A DNA stretch of 64,000 bases from Dehalococcoidia bacterium (GCA_965217675.1 OZ244559.1:386126-450125), one strand, 5' to 3'. Positions 53,059 to 63,618 are shown, counted from the stretch's first letter. Numbers and translations are program-made. Notes: generated by a model not told the origin, from the sequence alone.

Positions 53059-54120
53059 CTACGGCGCGGCGTCCTCCCAGATCTCCAGCTCCCGCCGGAC
53101 GATGGCCGCACCTTTCGAGAGCGCCTGCAGCTTACCGAAGGCCGCGGGCCTCGGCAGGTACTTCATGCCGCAGTCCGGCGCGAGAACGAGCCGCTCCGGC
53201 GGAAGGTGGCGCAGGGCTGCGCGGATGCGCGAGGCGACGGTCTCCGGCGTCTCCACCTCCGGGCTGCCGAGGTCCAGCACTCCTAGCACCACCGTCTTGG
53301 ACGGCAGCAGCCGTAGCGAATGCAAGTCCAGGTTGGGCTGTGCCGCCTCCACGGAGACCTGTTGCACGCTGCAGGCGTCCAGCTCGCCGAGGAAGTCGTA
53401 GGCGTTGGGCTTGGACCCGGGGACCTTGGCCGCGTAACCGAAGCACAGGTGCAGCGCGCTGACGCCATCGGCGCCATGCAGCGCGGTGTTGATGGCCTCC
53501 ACGCCAAACTCCCGAGCTGCCTCGGCGCGAGCCTGCAGCCACGGCTCGTCCAGTTGCACGACGTCGACGCCGGCTGCGAAGAGGTCGCGCACCTCGACGT
53601 TCACCGCTTCGGCAAAGGCCAGCGCCAGTGCGCGGGGGTCGCCGTAGTGCTCGTCGACGCACTGCTGTGAGAGGGTGAAGGGCCCGGGTACAGTCACCTT
53701 GACGGCGCGGTCCGTGCTGCGGCGCAGGTAGCGGGCATCGTCCAGCAATACGGGCGCCGCGCGGGCGATGGGGCCCACGACGCGGGGCACCTCCACCGTC
53801 GTGCCGGCGCGGCGTCCGGGCACGATGCCCGGTCGCTCGGTGTCGACGCCGCTGAGCGCCGTCGCGAAGGCGCTGGAGTAGCTCTGGCGGCGCACCTCGC
53901 CGTCGGTGATGACGTCGATGCCGGCGCGCTCCATGTCGCGAATGGCTATGGTGACGGCGTCGTCCAGCGCCTCGCGCAGCGCCTCGTCAGGGACGCGCCA
54001 GAAGCCTTGCTGCAGGACACGAGGAACCGTGCCGCGCGTCAGGACATCGCGGTCGATGAGCCAGTCCGGCTGCGGATAGCTACCCACTACCGTGGTGGGC
54101 AGGAGCTTCTCGGCGGGCAT
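53059..54120 (-). CDS. Cobalamin-independent methionine synthase (MetE C-terminal domain)-like methyltransferase
   Basis: TTVVGSYPQPDWL N-terminus and CFGY / PDCG zinc-ligand-type motifs. GGAGGAG RBS. Confidence 0.8.
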   Translation of the reverse strand: MPAEKLLPTTVVGSYPQPDWLIDRDVLTRGTVPRVLQQGFWRVPDEALREALDDAVTIAIRDMERAGIDVITDGEVRRQSYSSAFATALSGVDTERPGIVPGRRAGTTVEVPRVVGPIARAAPVLLDDARYLRRSTDRAVKVTVPGPFTLSQQCVDEHYGDPRALALAFAEAVNVEVRDLFAAGVDVVQLDEPWLQARAEAAREFGVEAINTALHGADGVSALHLCFGYAAKVPGSKPNAYDFLGELDACSVQQVSVEAAQPNLDLHSLRLLPSKTVVLGVLDLGSPEVETPETVASRIRAALRHLPPERLVLAPDCGMKYLPRPAAFGKLQALSKGAAIVRRELEIWEDAAP

Positions 54121-54139
54121 GGCGCTCCTCCTGCGGGCG

Positions 54140-55312
54140 CTAGCCCCAGAGCTCGCTTGTCGCCAGGTCCGCGCCCTCCTTGAGGGCCTTGAACTTGGCC
54201 CACGCTATCTGCTGGTGGACGCGCCCGCCGAGGCCGCAGTCCGTGCCCGCGATGACGTTCTCGCGCCCCACGAGGCTCGCGTACTTCACGATGCGGTCGG
54301 CGACGAGGCGCGGGTGCTCGACGACGTTGGTGGCGTGGCTGACGACACCGGGCACGAGCACCTTCCCGTCCGGCAGCTTGGTGGTTTCCCACACGCGCCA
54401 CTCGTGGTCATGGCGGACGTTTCCGGCCTCTATGGAGAAGGCGTCGGCGTTGACCTTCAGCATGATGTCGACGATGTCCTCCAGGGGGATGTCGTAGGTG
54501 TGGGGGCCGTGCCAACTGCCCCAGCAGATGTGGTAACGCACCAGCGACGCGGGGACGTTGGACAGGGCGTGGTTGAGGGCATCGATGCGCAAGTCCGCAT
54601 AGCGGCGGTACTCGGCGAGGTCCGGGCGGGACACCAGCATGTCCCAGGTGTCCGGCAGGCCTGGGTCATCGATCTGCACGACGAAGCCGGCGTTGGCGAT
54701 GGCCTCGTACTCCGGCCGCATCATCTCGGCAATGGCGTAGACGAACTCCTCCTCTGTCTTGTAGAACTCGTTGTAGAGGCGGTGGTCAATTGTGCCCGGC
54801 GCGAGGGTGGGGATGAAGGCCTCCGCGTGGGAGACGCCTTCCAGGGCGGCCTGGAGGTTGGCGACGTCCGTGTCAACGATGTCGTGGCCGATATAGGCGA
54901 GGGGGCCGCTGCAGATCTGTCTCTCCCGGGTCTGATAGGCACTGCTAACCAATCTCAAGCCAAAGCCCACTTCCTCGGAGTAGAACTCCCGAAAGTCCGT
55001 GCGGTCGCGGCCGTCCTGGCTCATGGCCGGGACCTGGCCGGGGCCGGGTTCCTTCATCTCAAAGCCGCTGATGCGCTCGTCCAAGTAGAGGTTGAAGCTC
55101 GGCTTGGACTCCTCGCCGTCACCGACGACATCGATTCCGTACGCCACCTGCTGGTCGACGACCTCTTTGACGGCCGTCTTCACGCGCTCTGCAAGGGCCG
55201 CCGGGTCATAGGACTCGCCACGAACCTTGGCGTCGAGCATCGCCCGCAGGTCCGAGGGACGAGGCAGGCTGCCCGCGTGGGTGGTGAGAATGTGGTCTTC
55301 ACTGCGCTTCAT
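54140..55312 (-). CDS. Cobalamin-independent methionine synthase II family protein (MetE-like)
   Basis: ILTTHAGSLPRP N-terminus, ICWGSWHGPH, and a C-terminal GTDCGLGGR motif. GGAGGAGG RBS before ATG 55312. Confidence 0.8.
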   Translation of the reverse strand: MKRSEDHILTTHAGSLPRPSDLRAMLDAKVRGESYDPAALAERVKTAVKEVVDQQVAYGIDVVGDGEESKPSFNLYLDERISGFEMKEPGPGQVPAMSQDGRDRTDFREFYSEEVGFGLRLVSSAYQTRERQICSGPLAYIGHDIVDTDVANLQAALEGVSHAEAFIPTLAPGTIDHRLYNEFYKTEEEFVYAIAEMMRPEYEAIANAGFVVQIDDPGLPDTWDMLVSRPDLAEYRRYADLRIDALNHALSNVPASLVRYHICWGSWHGPHTYDIPLEDIVDIMLKVNADAFSIEAGNVRHDHEWRVWETTKLPDGKVLVPGVVSHATNVVEHPRLVADRIVKYASLVGRENVIAGTDCGLGGRVHQQIAWAKFKALKEGADLATSELWG

Positions 55313-55406
55313 GGGTGTGACTCTCCTCCTCCGCGTAGGTGAAATTTGCTGTTCCTTGCAGCACGCGGGGCGCAAGATCTGGCTAGCAGCGCCCTGCGGC
55401 GCCCGA

Positions 55407-55435
55407 ATGCTATGGGCACGGTGGGAGGGTGTCAA
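55407..55435 (-). promoter_or_regulatory. Putative sigma-70-type promoter for the MetE-like gene pair
   Basis: On the minus strand: TTGACA-N17-TAGCAT, about 95 nt upstream of ATG 55312. Confidence 0.4.
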
Positions 55436-55464
55436 GGGCGGCGGCGGGCGAAGCCCTACACAGG

Positions 55465-55501
55465 GAAGGCCCCTCGGCTGATCTCAAGCCGAGGGGCCTT
55501 C
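55465..55501 (-). terminator. Terminator-like hairpin downstream of the Cache-like gene
   Basis: 14-bp stem GAAGGCCCCTCGGC/GCCGAGGGGCCTTC with a 9-nt loop. No clear U-tract. Confidence 0.45.
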
Positions 55502-55534
55502 CTCGCTGCACTATCGCGAGGTCTAGGGCACATG

Positions 55535-56044
55535 TTACCGCTGGTACCAGCCGGACCCGAAGAAGAGGCCGTCATGCTGCACGACCCATGAATGCTTCTG
55601 CTCCTCCCGGTCGTCGTTGTTGGGGTTGATGTAGTAGTAGCTGACCCAGTCGCCGTTCTCGGAGACGTTCAGGATAGCCTTGCCGAAGTGGAAGCCGTTG
55701 ATGTCGGTGTACTGAGCATCATTCACGTTCTGGCCCACGTTCTCCGGCACCGCGGCGTGGGCGATGATCCTGTCATCTTCGTCAACGATGAAGACGTACC
55801 AATCGCCATTCACGCTTGCTGTCGAGTTGTAGTAGTCGAGGGCCGCGTCGAGCCCATCGTCCTCGTACCGCTCAATGGCCTCTTCCACGAAGGCCTTGGT
55901 GTATGCGCCGGGCTCCGTCACCGGGGACGGGTCGTCGCTATTGGAGACAGATACGCTTACGCAGGCCATCCCCAGCAATAGAAGCGCCAACGCAGTCGAG
56001 CCGAGAATGCCCGACCTTGCGTATCCGATGTGGTTGCCCTTCAT
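55535..56044 (-). CDS. Secreted/lipoprotein Cache-like (PDC-fold) domain protein
   Basis: Signal peptide LALLLLGMACVS. ...AIERYEDDGLDAALDYYNSTASVNGDWYVFIVDEDDRIIAHAAVPENVGQ...GDWVSYYYINP...KHSWVVQHDGLFFGSGWY matches the single-Cache periplasmic domain pattern. Confidence 0.6.
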   Translation of the reverse strand: MKGNHIGYARSGILGSTALALLLLGMACVSVSVSNSDDPSPVTEPGAYTKAFVEEAIERYEDDGLDAALDYYNSTASVNGDWYVFIVDEDDRIIAHAAVPENVGQNVNDAQYTDINGFHFGKAILNVSENGDWVSYYYINPNNDDREEQKHSWVVQHDGLFFGSGWYQR

Positions 56045-56208
56045 CTTGAGCGTGCTTTCGCTGGTGGGACCTCGGCTCACCCCCCTTCTTCCAGCATAGG
56101 GTGAGCGATCCACCTCATACAAGAGGAATGCGAAAAGACCCTAACACGACAATAGTCCATAGTGTAGCATGGACGGACTGACCCATAGAACTCACGAAAG
56201 AGGTAGCA

Positions 56209-56829
56209 GTGAAGACGATGCGGACGACCCTCATGGTCCTGGTGGCGCTTGTTGCCCTGCTGGCCATCGCGTGCGGCGATTCCGAGGAGGCTGCAGTGGT
56301 GGAGCCCACACCCGAGCCCACCGTGGCCCCGACCCCTGAGTCGACGCCGGTCCCCCCGACGCCTACTCCCGAACCCGTCACGGCGCCCGTCCCATCGACG
56401 GATGCGATGGGATCGTCGGGCGATATGACGTTCACGGTGCCGGACTTCGGGCCGGAGACGACGGGCATGGACGTCGCCGAGGCGCTGCTCAGCGAGGAGG
56501 AAATTGGCTGCATCCAAAGCACCTTGGGCCCCGAGGCATCCGCAACGCTACTCACGGCGAACGTGCTTGACCCGGCTGCAGCCGGCTCGACTGCGGTCTT
56601 TGGCGAGTGCCTGACTCAAGAGAATTCTGTGACGCTCTTCCTGGCCGGGTTCCAGGGCGCGACAGGTGGAGCGCTCAGTGAAGAAACTCTGAATTGCATT
56701 GGGAATGCCGTGGCGCCTCACCACACCATTCTCTTTGCTGAGGAGTTGGATCCCGCGGTAGTGTTCGGCCTCCTGCCGTGTCTCTCGCCGGATGAGATGG
56801 CGGCGCTGCAATCCTTGGCCCCGCAGTAG
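56209..56829 (+). CDS. Hypothetical lipoprotein with Pro/Thr/Glu-rich linker and Cys-containing repeats
   Basis: Lipobox LLAIACGD. AAGAGG RBS before GTG 56209. Repeated E(E/T)(I/L).CI motifs. Confidence 0.6.
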   Translation: MKTMRTTLMVLVALVALLAIACGDSEEAAVVEPTPEPTVAPTPESTPVPPTPTPEPVTAPVPSTDAMGSSGDMTFTVPDFGPETTGMDVAEALLSEEEIGCIQSTLGPEASATLLTANVLDPAAAGSTAVFGECLTQENSVTLFLAGFQGATGGALSEETLNCIGNAVAPHHTILFAEELDPAVVFGLLPCLSPDEMAALQSLAPQ

Positions 56830-57031
56830 GTAGCTCTCGAAAGATGGGATAACCGGTCCCTGCAATAAGGGCACTGCGGTAAAGGCGGATTGGGAACCAC
56901 CCCCGCCCGCCTTTACGCTACCCATTGGGCCAAGAGTTCTTCATTCTTGGTTGCTTCACGATGGCTGGATTGGTAGGCTGCTCTACATCTAACTTCTACC
57001 TTCAACGGCTTCTGAGAGAGGGAAACGCATA

Positions 57032-60000
57032 GTGCAGGTGTATTTGGAGTCATATGGCAGGCCCGCTCGAGAGCGGCTGCAGGCGTTGGTGGCCGAGGCC
57101 AAGGCTGGCAACCCGCTTGCGCCGGTCACCGTCGTGCCGCCGAACGCTTACGCGGGAATCGGCCTCCGCCGAGTCCTAGCGGGTGACGGCGGGCTCCTCA
57201 ACGTGGGCTTCATGGCGCTGGCACGCCTTGCCGAACAACTGGGGGCGCCAACCATGGCGGCGCAGCATCGGCGGCCGCTGTCCGGAGCGGCGGAGATGGC
57301 TTTTATCCGCACGGTGGCGATGGAGTTGGTCGGGCAGGAACCGCTCGGCAGTGTGGCGGCGCACTCCACGTTGCATCAATCGATGCAGGTTGCGTTCAAA
57401 GAGATGGTGCGACTGACGGAGAGCGAACTCGACATGCTGGCGCGGGAAGGTCCGTTGCGAAAAGCCACAGTCGAGCTGTACCGCCGCTTCCGGGAGCGGA
57501 CCACAGAGTACTACGGGCCTGAAGACGAGGCCTGGGCCGCGACGGAAGCGGTGCGCTCGGGTCGAGGGCAGCCGGCGCTGCAGGACGTGGGCGCGCTCGT
57601 GTTCTTTCTCCTGACGCGCCCATCGCCTGGGGAGATGGAGCTGTTGACGGCGCTGTCGAACGCTGTCCCGTGCAGCTTGGTGGTTGGACGGACGGGCGAG
57701 GACGGCATCGCCGCCGCCGAGGGCGCCTGGTGGGACCGGCTCGGGAAAGCGAGCGCTGAAGGCTCACCCCAGAGTTCGCTTCACCTGGACGCGAGACCGG
57801 AGTCCATCGTGTCGGCCCCGGACGCGCGCGAAGAGGTGCGGCAGGCTGTGCGCGAAATGCTCCAGAAGGCGGAAGAAGGCGTGCCGTTTCACCGCATGGC
57901 GGCCCTCTACCGGCGGCAGGACCCCTATGCCTTTCAGCTTCGGATGGAGCTGGGCTTTGCCGGCATACCGGTGGCGGGCCCGGACCCCTCGCCACTGCGG
58001 GACTCCGTTGCCGGGCGGCTGCTTACGGGCCTGCTCGGCGTCATCAGGGAGGACTTCAGCCGGGCCGCCCTGATGCAGTGGCTGGCGGACGCGCCGGTCT
58101 GGAACGCCGCGAGCAACCTTTCAGCGTCCGGCGATCTGCAGCGCTGGGAGGGCCTCTCGCGGGAAGCGGGAGTCGTGCGCGGATTGGAGCAGTGGAAGGA
58201 ACGGCTCCAGGGAGTGATCGCAAACTCGGTGCGGCGTCGACAGGGGGCAGAGGCACGGGGAGACCTGACGGAAGCCCAGGCGCGAGGCTATGGCGAGGCA
58301 ATTTCCAGCGCAGAGCGGTTGGTGGCATTTGTCGAGCGGTTGTCGCAGGGCAAGCCGCCTAACGACGGCAGCCGCTGGAGCGCGTTTACTAAGTGGGCCA
58401 AGGACGCCATCGAGCGGTACGGCCAGGGGAAGAACGACTGGCCACCGCAACAGCAGGACGCGCTCGTGCGTGTGGAGTCGGCGTTGGAGGAGCTTGGCAA
58501 GCTTGACGCCGTCGAACCGGACACGGCCTTAGGCGAGTTTCAGCAAGCGCTTACTCACGCGCTGTCGGCCTACGGGGCCCGCAGTGGGGCTACCGGAACG
58601 GGCGTGTTTGTAGCAGGGCTTGGCTCCGCAACGGGGATGGAATTCGACACCGTATGGCTCCTCGGGATGTCAGAGGGGGACTATCCGGGCCGGAGCGGCG
58701 AGGACCCGCTGCTGCCCGAGTATGTGCGCGCCAATGTGCGGATAGGCTCCCTTCCCCTTCGGCGAGAGGCCCAAGTGGGCGAGCGGCGCGACTATCTGGC
58801 CGCCCTCGCAGCCGGGCAGCGGCGACGGCTCTCGTATTCACGGGTGGACCCGGTGGAACGGCGGGCGCAATACCCCTCACCCTGGCTGCTCGAAGCCGCC
58901 ATGACACTCGCCGGTGAACGTGTTTCATCGGAGCGGCTGCATACCTACGATGCTCCATGGCTGACGGTTATCGAATCGATGGAGGACGCGCTGCGGCTGG
59001 CCGAGGGAGGGCGTGCTGCGGACGGTCATGATTACGACGTACAGGCCCTCGCGGGGTGGCAAAGGACGGGATCGCACCTGCGCTTCCACGCGCTTGCCAT
59101 GCAAGGTGGGCCGCTGGGCCGGGCGCTCGCGATGGAGAGGGCGCGCGCGACGAATCAGTTGACGGAGTGGGACGGCTTCGTGGGCGGTATTGCGGGCAGC
59201 AGCAGGCGGCTCGGCGGATCGCTCTGGCAGGTCATGTCGCCAACACGGTTGGAGGCGTGGGCCACCTGCCCGTATCGCCACTTCCTCGGCAGCGTCCTCA
59301 ACCTGTCGGCATGGGAAACGCCTGAGGATGTGCTGACCATCTCCCCGCTGGACAGGGGCAGCCTGGTCCACTCCATCCTGGAGCGGTTTATCAAGGAGAT
59401 TCTTGCTGCCGGGCCCCTTTCGCCGCGAGAGGACTGGACGCCACAGCATCGCGCACGGCTGCGGCAGATCGCCCACGAGGAGTTTCGGGAGGCGGAGCGA
59501 AAGGGGGTGACGGGACGCCGTGTGCTGTGGGAGGTTGCGCAGGAAGACATTCTGCAGGACCTGGAGAGATTCCTGGATGACGACGCGCAGTACCGGTCGG
59601 CCGAGGGCATGCAACCCCATCACGTCGAGTACGCATTCGGCTTCGACGGGGCGCCTGTGGCTATGGCTCTGTCCGGCGGTGGTGAGGTCCGCTTCCGGGG
59701 TTTCATCGACCGGGTGGACGTGGCACAGGACGGCCTTAGCGCGGTTGTGATGGACTACAAGACGGGTTCCTCCCGGCAATACGCGAAGATGAAAGACGAC
59801 CCCCTGATGGCAGGTAAGCGGCTGCAGTTGCCCTTATACGCGCTGGCGGTCCGGGAGACCCTGCTGCCGGAAGCGGCCTTGCGGGGCGAGTACTGGTTCA
59901 TCTCTGCCAATGGCGGATACACCCGCGTTCCCGTGACCCTCGACGCAATTGAGGCGCAGTTCAAGGGTGTCGTGCAGGCCATTGCGGAGGGCGTCCGGGG

Positions 60001-60196
60001 CGGCGTCTTTCCGGCGAACCCCGGCCCGGCCGGCTTCGGCGGTCACGAGAATTGCCGCTATTGCGATTTCCAGCGCATCTGTCCTACCAACAAGTCTGCG
60101 TTGTGGGCGCGTAAGGGCGGTTCGACGCTGGCCGAGGCCTACACGAAGCTCAGTGGTGGCGCGCTCGACGCCGATGTAGAAGAGGACGCGGGATGA
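57032..60196 (+). CDS. AddB-like PD-(D/E)XK nuclease / inactive-helicase subunit with C-terminal Fe-S cluster motif
   Basis: 1054 aa. C-terminal nuclease FIDRVD...VMDYKTG plus CRYCDFQRICP. No N-terminal Walker A. Confidence 0.8.
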   Translation: MQVYLESYGRPARERLQALVAEAKAGNPLAPVTVVPPNAYAGIGLRRVLAGDGGLLNVGFMALARLAEQLGAPTMAAQHRRPLSGAAEMAFIRTVAMELVGQEPLGSVAAHSTLHQSMQVAFKEMVRLTESELDMLAREGPLRKATVELYRRFRERTTEYYGPEDEAWAATEAVRSGRGQPALQDVGALVFFLLTRPSPGEMELLTALSNAVPCSLVVGRTGEDGIAAAEGAWWDRLGKASAEGSPQSSLHLDARPESIVSAPDAREEVRQAVREMLQKAEEGVPFHRMAALYRRQDPYAFQLRMELGFAGIPVAGPDPSPLRDSVAGRLLTGLLGVIREDFSRAALMQWLADAPVWNAASNLSASGDLQRWEGLSREAGVVRGLEQWKERLQGVIANSVRRRQGAEARGDLTEAQARGYGEAISSAERLVAFVERLSQGKPPNDGSRWSAFTKWAKDAIERYGQGKNDWPPQQQDALVRVESALEELGKLDAVEPDTALGEFQQALTHALSAYGARSGATGTGVFVAGLGSATGMEFDTVWLLGMSEGDYPGRSGEDPLLPEYVRANVRIGSLPLRREAQVGERRDYLAALAAGQRRRLSYSRVDPVERRAQYPSPWLLEAAMTLAGERVSSERLHTYDAPWLTVIESMEDALRLAEGGRAADGHDYDVQALAGWQRTGSHLRFHALAMQGGPLGRALAMERARATNQLTEWDGFVGGIAGSSRRLGGSLWQVMSPTRLEAWATCPYRHFLGSVLNLSAWETPEDVLTISPLDRGSLVHSILERFIKEILAAGPLSPREDWTPQHRARLRQIAHEEFREAERKGVTGRRVLWEVAQEDILQDLERFLDDDAQYRSAEGMQPHHVEYAFGFDGAPVAMALSGGGEVRFRGFIDRVDVAQDGLSAVVMDYKTGSSRQYAKMKDDPLMAGKRLQLPLYALAVRETLLPEAALRGEYWFISANGGYTRVPVTLDAIEAQFKGVVQAIAEGVRGGVFPANPGPAGFGGHENCRYCDFQRICPTNKSALWARKGGSTLAEAYTKLSGGALDADVEEDAG

Positions 60197-63100
60197 TGCA
60201 ACAAGACCAACCGGCGGACCAGCAGCACCGCGACCGCATCCAACAGAGCTTGGACGAAAACCTCTTTGTTGAGGCTGGAGCAGGGACGGGGAAGACCACC
60301 GCGCTGGTGGGCCGCATAGTAACGCTGATCGCCTCGGGCGCTGCGGAGATGGCGGGACTGGCCGCGATCACCTTCACTGAGGCCGCCGCCGCGGAACTGC
60401 GGGACCGGGTCCGCCGCGACCTCGAGATCGCGGCGGAGGACGAGAGCCGCGATGCTGACTCGCGCGAGCGATGCCGGCGGGCCGTGTCGGAGATGGACGC
60501 CGCGTCGTTCCAGACGCTGCATAGCTTCGCGCAGTCGCTGTTGCGCGAGCTCCCGCTGGAGGCGGGCCTGCCGCCAGGCTTCGAGATGCTTGACCCCATC
60601 GAGGCGGACCTGCGCTTCCAACAAGCTTGGGACCAGTGGTTGGACGACTCGCTTGAGTCGGTGGAGCTTGGTCCAAAGCTGGCGCGGGCACTGCATTTGG
60701 GCCTGAATCTGGACCAGCTACACCGGGTGGCCGTCGCGCTCAGCGGCGACTATGACCTGGTGGCCGACGCATCCATCGCAGAGGCGCCCGAGCCCGGGCT
60801 GACCATAGGGACGAAGCTGTCGGATGCGGTCCCGGAGATCGAGCGGTTGCTGGGGCTGTCGAAGATTGGCGGCGGCGACCCCCTGTATGACCACGCCGCG
60901 GAGGTCGTGGCCCTGGCGCAGAAACTGCCCGCAGCGGACAGCAACGACCGCGCTGACGAGCGGGCCCTCGTCCGGCTGCTGGGTTGGAAGCGGCTCTCAA
61001 CCGGAAGGGGCAGCCAGAATAATTGGGACAGGGACGAGGTCACGGGGACCAATGGCTGCAAACTTCTGAAGGAAACGCTCCAAGATCTTGAGGAAGTGCG
61101 CGTGAAGGAGATCGCCGCGCTGCGAATCGCCGCTTTCGCGCCTGCGTTGGAAGCGGTTCGGACGTTCGTGGTCGACCGGGCGAGGCAACGCAAGGAGGCA
61201 GGACACGCGGAGTTCCATGACCTTCTTGTCTGGGCCCGGGATATGCTGCGCGACAACCCGGACACGCGACGCAGGTTTCAGCGCCGCTTCCATCACCTGC
61301 TGGTGGACGAGTTCCAGGACACGGACCCCATTCAGGCGGAGATCGCCTTCTTCCTGGCCGGTGACCCGGCCGACCGTACAGGGAGTGAGTCGAAGGACTG
61401 GCAGGACATCATACCGGCGCCCGGCAAGCTCTTCATGGTGGGTGACCCAAAGCAGTCCATCTACCGCTTCCGGCGTGCGGATATCGTGACGATGGTGCAC
61501 GTGCGCGGCCACCTGGTGCGCGAGAGCACGCCGTTGCAGCAGAACTTCCGGTCGCAGCAGAGCATCATCTCTTGGGTGAACAACGTCTTTGGGCAGTGGA
61601 TGCGGAACGAGGACGGCAGCGAGTTGCAGGCCGAGTACCGGGACCTCATCGCGACACACGGCGTGTCGAAAGAGGGGGAGGCGGCGCTGCCGCCCGCAGT
61701 CTACTACGTGGGCGAGAGCGTCAACGGGAACTCGGACTTCGCCCGACGGCTGGAAGGGCAGGCGGTGGCCGCTTTTGCCCGGCGAATCAAGGAGGGGCGG
61801 TGGCAGGTCCGTAGCCAAGAACCCGGAGAGTGGCGGGACGCCACCTACCGAGACATCTGCCTTTTGTTGCCAAGCCGCACGAACCTGCAAGCGCTGGAGC
61901 AGGCGCTGGAGGCTGCGGACGTGCCGTACCGCATCGAGAGCGAGTCCATCGTGCTGGGCACGGAAGACGTTCGGCAACTGCTGAACTGCCTGCGGGCTAT
62001 CGATAGCCCTGGCGACCAGGTAGCGCTCGTGGCGGCGCTCCGCTCGGCAGCCTTCTCCTGCAGCGATGTGGAGCTGCTGCAGTTCGTCGACGACGGGGGG
62101 CGGTTCGACTACCTCTGTCCTGGCAGCGCCACGGGCACGGTGGCTGAGGCACTGGCCGTGCTGCGCGAGTCCAACAAGAAGTGTGGGCTGAAGCCACCGG
62201 ACGAGCTGATTGAGGAGTTCATCCGGGAGAGACGTCTGGTGGAACTCTCCTTTGACCGCCGACGGCCCCGGGAGCGGTGGCGGCGGTTGCGCTACGTGGT
62301 GGAACAAGCGCGGGCGTACCAACGGGCCGGCGGCATCTCACTGCGCGGATTCCTCGACTGGATTGAGCGGCAGGTAGCAGAGCGGGCGCGTGCGGTGGAG
62401 TCGCCCGCGCCGGAGTCAGACGAGGACTGTGTGCGCATCATGACGATTCACACTGCCAAGGGACTGGAGTTCCCGGTGGTGTTGCTCACGGGTTTTGGTA
62501 GTACGCGCAATCGCTCAGCCGACAACGTGATAGTGGACCGTGCTTCCGGGCAGGCTGAGATCAACCTCACCTTGCCCGGTGGCACGCACGTCCCAACGCC
62601 GGGGTATGAAACCGCAAACAAGAGAGAGTCCGCGGCGGCGGATGCGGAGGACGTCAGGCTGGCCTACGTGGCATGCACGCGTGCTAGGGACCATCTTCTT
62701 GTGAGCCTATTCCGCCGCAAGGTGCAGAAGGACGCAACGCGCGCCGCCAAGCTGGAGAAGTTCTGCGCGGACAGAATGGAGCTGTTCCAACAACTCGACT
62801 GGGAGTCGTTGGTGGAAGCAGCAGGCGTTTACACACCTCAGTCGGAGGAGGGGAAGCCTTCGTCTGCAGGCGATTATGCCTCCATGCGGGCGCAGTGGAA
62901 GGTGCAACGTGAATCCACCATCGAGAACGCGTCGAGGCCGCAAGCGCAGGCGGTTACGGCCATCGCTCAACGGGTGAAGGGGCAGCCGCCGAGTGTGCCC
63001 TCGGAAGGTGGCGTGACTTTGGAGAAGGAGGAGGCCGAGGAAGGCGAAATCTCGTATCGGCGCGGGCGAGGCGGGACAAACCTCGGGCGCGCGGTCCACG

Positions 63101-63591
63101 CCGTACTGCAGAGCATCGATCTGCTGACCGGCGTGGGGCTGGAGGACATCTGTCGTGCCCAAGCCGAGGCGGAGGGCATCGGCGACGAAGCGAAGAATGT
63201 GCTGATGCTGTCACGCAACGCGCTGGCCTCAAAGACCGTGAAGGACCTGGCCGAACAGGTGCGGCAGGGCTCGGCGAACTATTACCGGGAGGTCTTTGTC
63301 AGCGCGCCGCTTGGTGAAAGGCTGGTAGAGGGCTTCATTGACCTGCTCATCGATGGGCCGGACGGGATAGCCATAGTCGACTACAAAACGGACAGCCTCA
63401 CCGCCAAGCAAGTGCGGGAGCTGGGGCCGGAGTATGAGGTGCAGCTGGGCCTCTATGCTTGGGCAGTTGGGGAGACCACGGGGAAGCCTGTGCGGAAGGC
63501 GACACTCCTTTTCCTGCGTCCGCAGGAGGAACGCCAGTTTTCGGACCCGCAGGCACTCATTCAGAAGGCGTTGGATGCGGCAAAGCTGTAG
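60193..63591 (+). CDS. AddA/RecB-like UvrD-family helicase with C-terminal PD-(D/E)XK nuclease
   Basis: Walker A AGAGTGKTT, DEFQDTDP, VGDPKQSIYRFRRAD, TIHTAKGLEFPVV, a YVACTRAR-like motif, and C-terminal GFIDLLIDG...VDYKTD. ATGA overlap with the upstream gene. Confidence 0.85.
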   Translation: MMQQDQPADQQHRDRIQQSLDENLFVEAGAGTGKTTALVGRIVTLIASGAAEMAGLAAITFTEAAAAELRDRVRRDLEIAAEDESRDADSRERCRRAVSEMDAASFQTLHSFAQSLLRELPLEAGLPPGFEMLDPIEADLRFQQAWDQWLDDSLESVELGPKLARALHLGLNLDQLHRVAVALSGDYDLVADASIAEAPEPGLTIGTKLSDAVPEIERLLGLSKIGGGDPLYDHAAEVVALAQKLPAADSNDRADERALVRLLGWKRLSTGRGSQNNWDRDEVTGTNGCKLLKETLQDLEEVRVKEIAALRIAAFAPALEAVRTFVVDRARQRKEAGHAEFHDLLVWARDMLRDNPDTRRRFQRRFHHLLVDEFQDTDPIQAEIAFFLAGDPADRTGSESKDWQDIIPAPGKLFMVGDPKQSIYRFRRADIVTMVHVRGHLVRESTPLQQNFRSQQSIISWVNNVFGQWMRNEDGSELQAEYRDLIATHGVSKEGEAALPPAVYYVGESVNGNSDFARRLEGQAVAAFARRIKEGRWQVRSQEPGEWRDATYRDICLLLPSRTNLQALEQALEAADVPYRIESESIVLGTEDVRQLLNCLRAIDSPGDQVALVAALRSAAFSCSDVELLQFVDDGGRFDYLCPGSATGTVAEALAVLRESNKKCGLKPPDELIEEFIRERRLVELSFDRRRPRERWRRLRYVVEQARAYQRAGGISLRGFLDWIERQVAERARAVESPAPESDEDCVRIMTIHTAKGLEFPVVLLTGFGSTRNRSADNVIVDRASGQAEINLTLPGGTHVPTPGYETANKRESAAADAEDVRLAYVACTRARDHLLVSLFRRKVQKDATRAAKLEKFCADRMELFQQLDWESLVEAAGVYTPQSEEGKPSSAGDYASMRAQWKVQRESTIENASRPQAQAVTAIAQRVKGQPPSVPSEGGVTLEKEEAEEGEISYRRGRGGTNLGRAVHAVLQSIDLLTGVGLEDICRAQAEAEGIGDEAKNVLMLSRNALASKTVKDLAEQVRQGSANYYREVFVSAPLGERLVEGFIDLLIDGPDGIAIVDYKTDSLTAKQVRELGPEYEVQLGLYAWAVGETTGKPVRKATLLFLRPQEERQFSDPQALIQKALDAAKL

Positions 63592-63618
63592 TTGGCGGTA
63601 AGAAAGTCTGGGGAAAGG

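Noticed and set aside
57032-63591. Large helicase-nuclease gene pair considered as a novel defence system.
   Set aside because: The architecture (inactive-helicase/Fe-S nuclease subunit followed by a UvrD-type helicase with a C-terminal PD-(D/E)XK nuclease, coupled by ATGA) is that of canonical AddAB-type double-strand-break repair enzymes.
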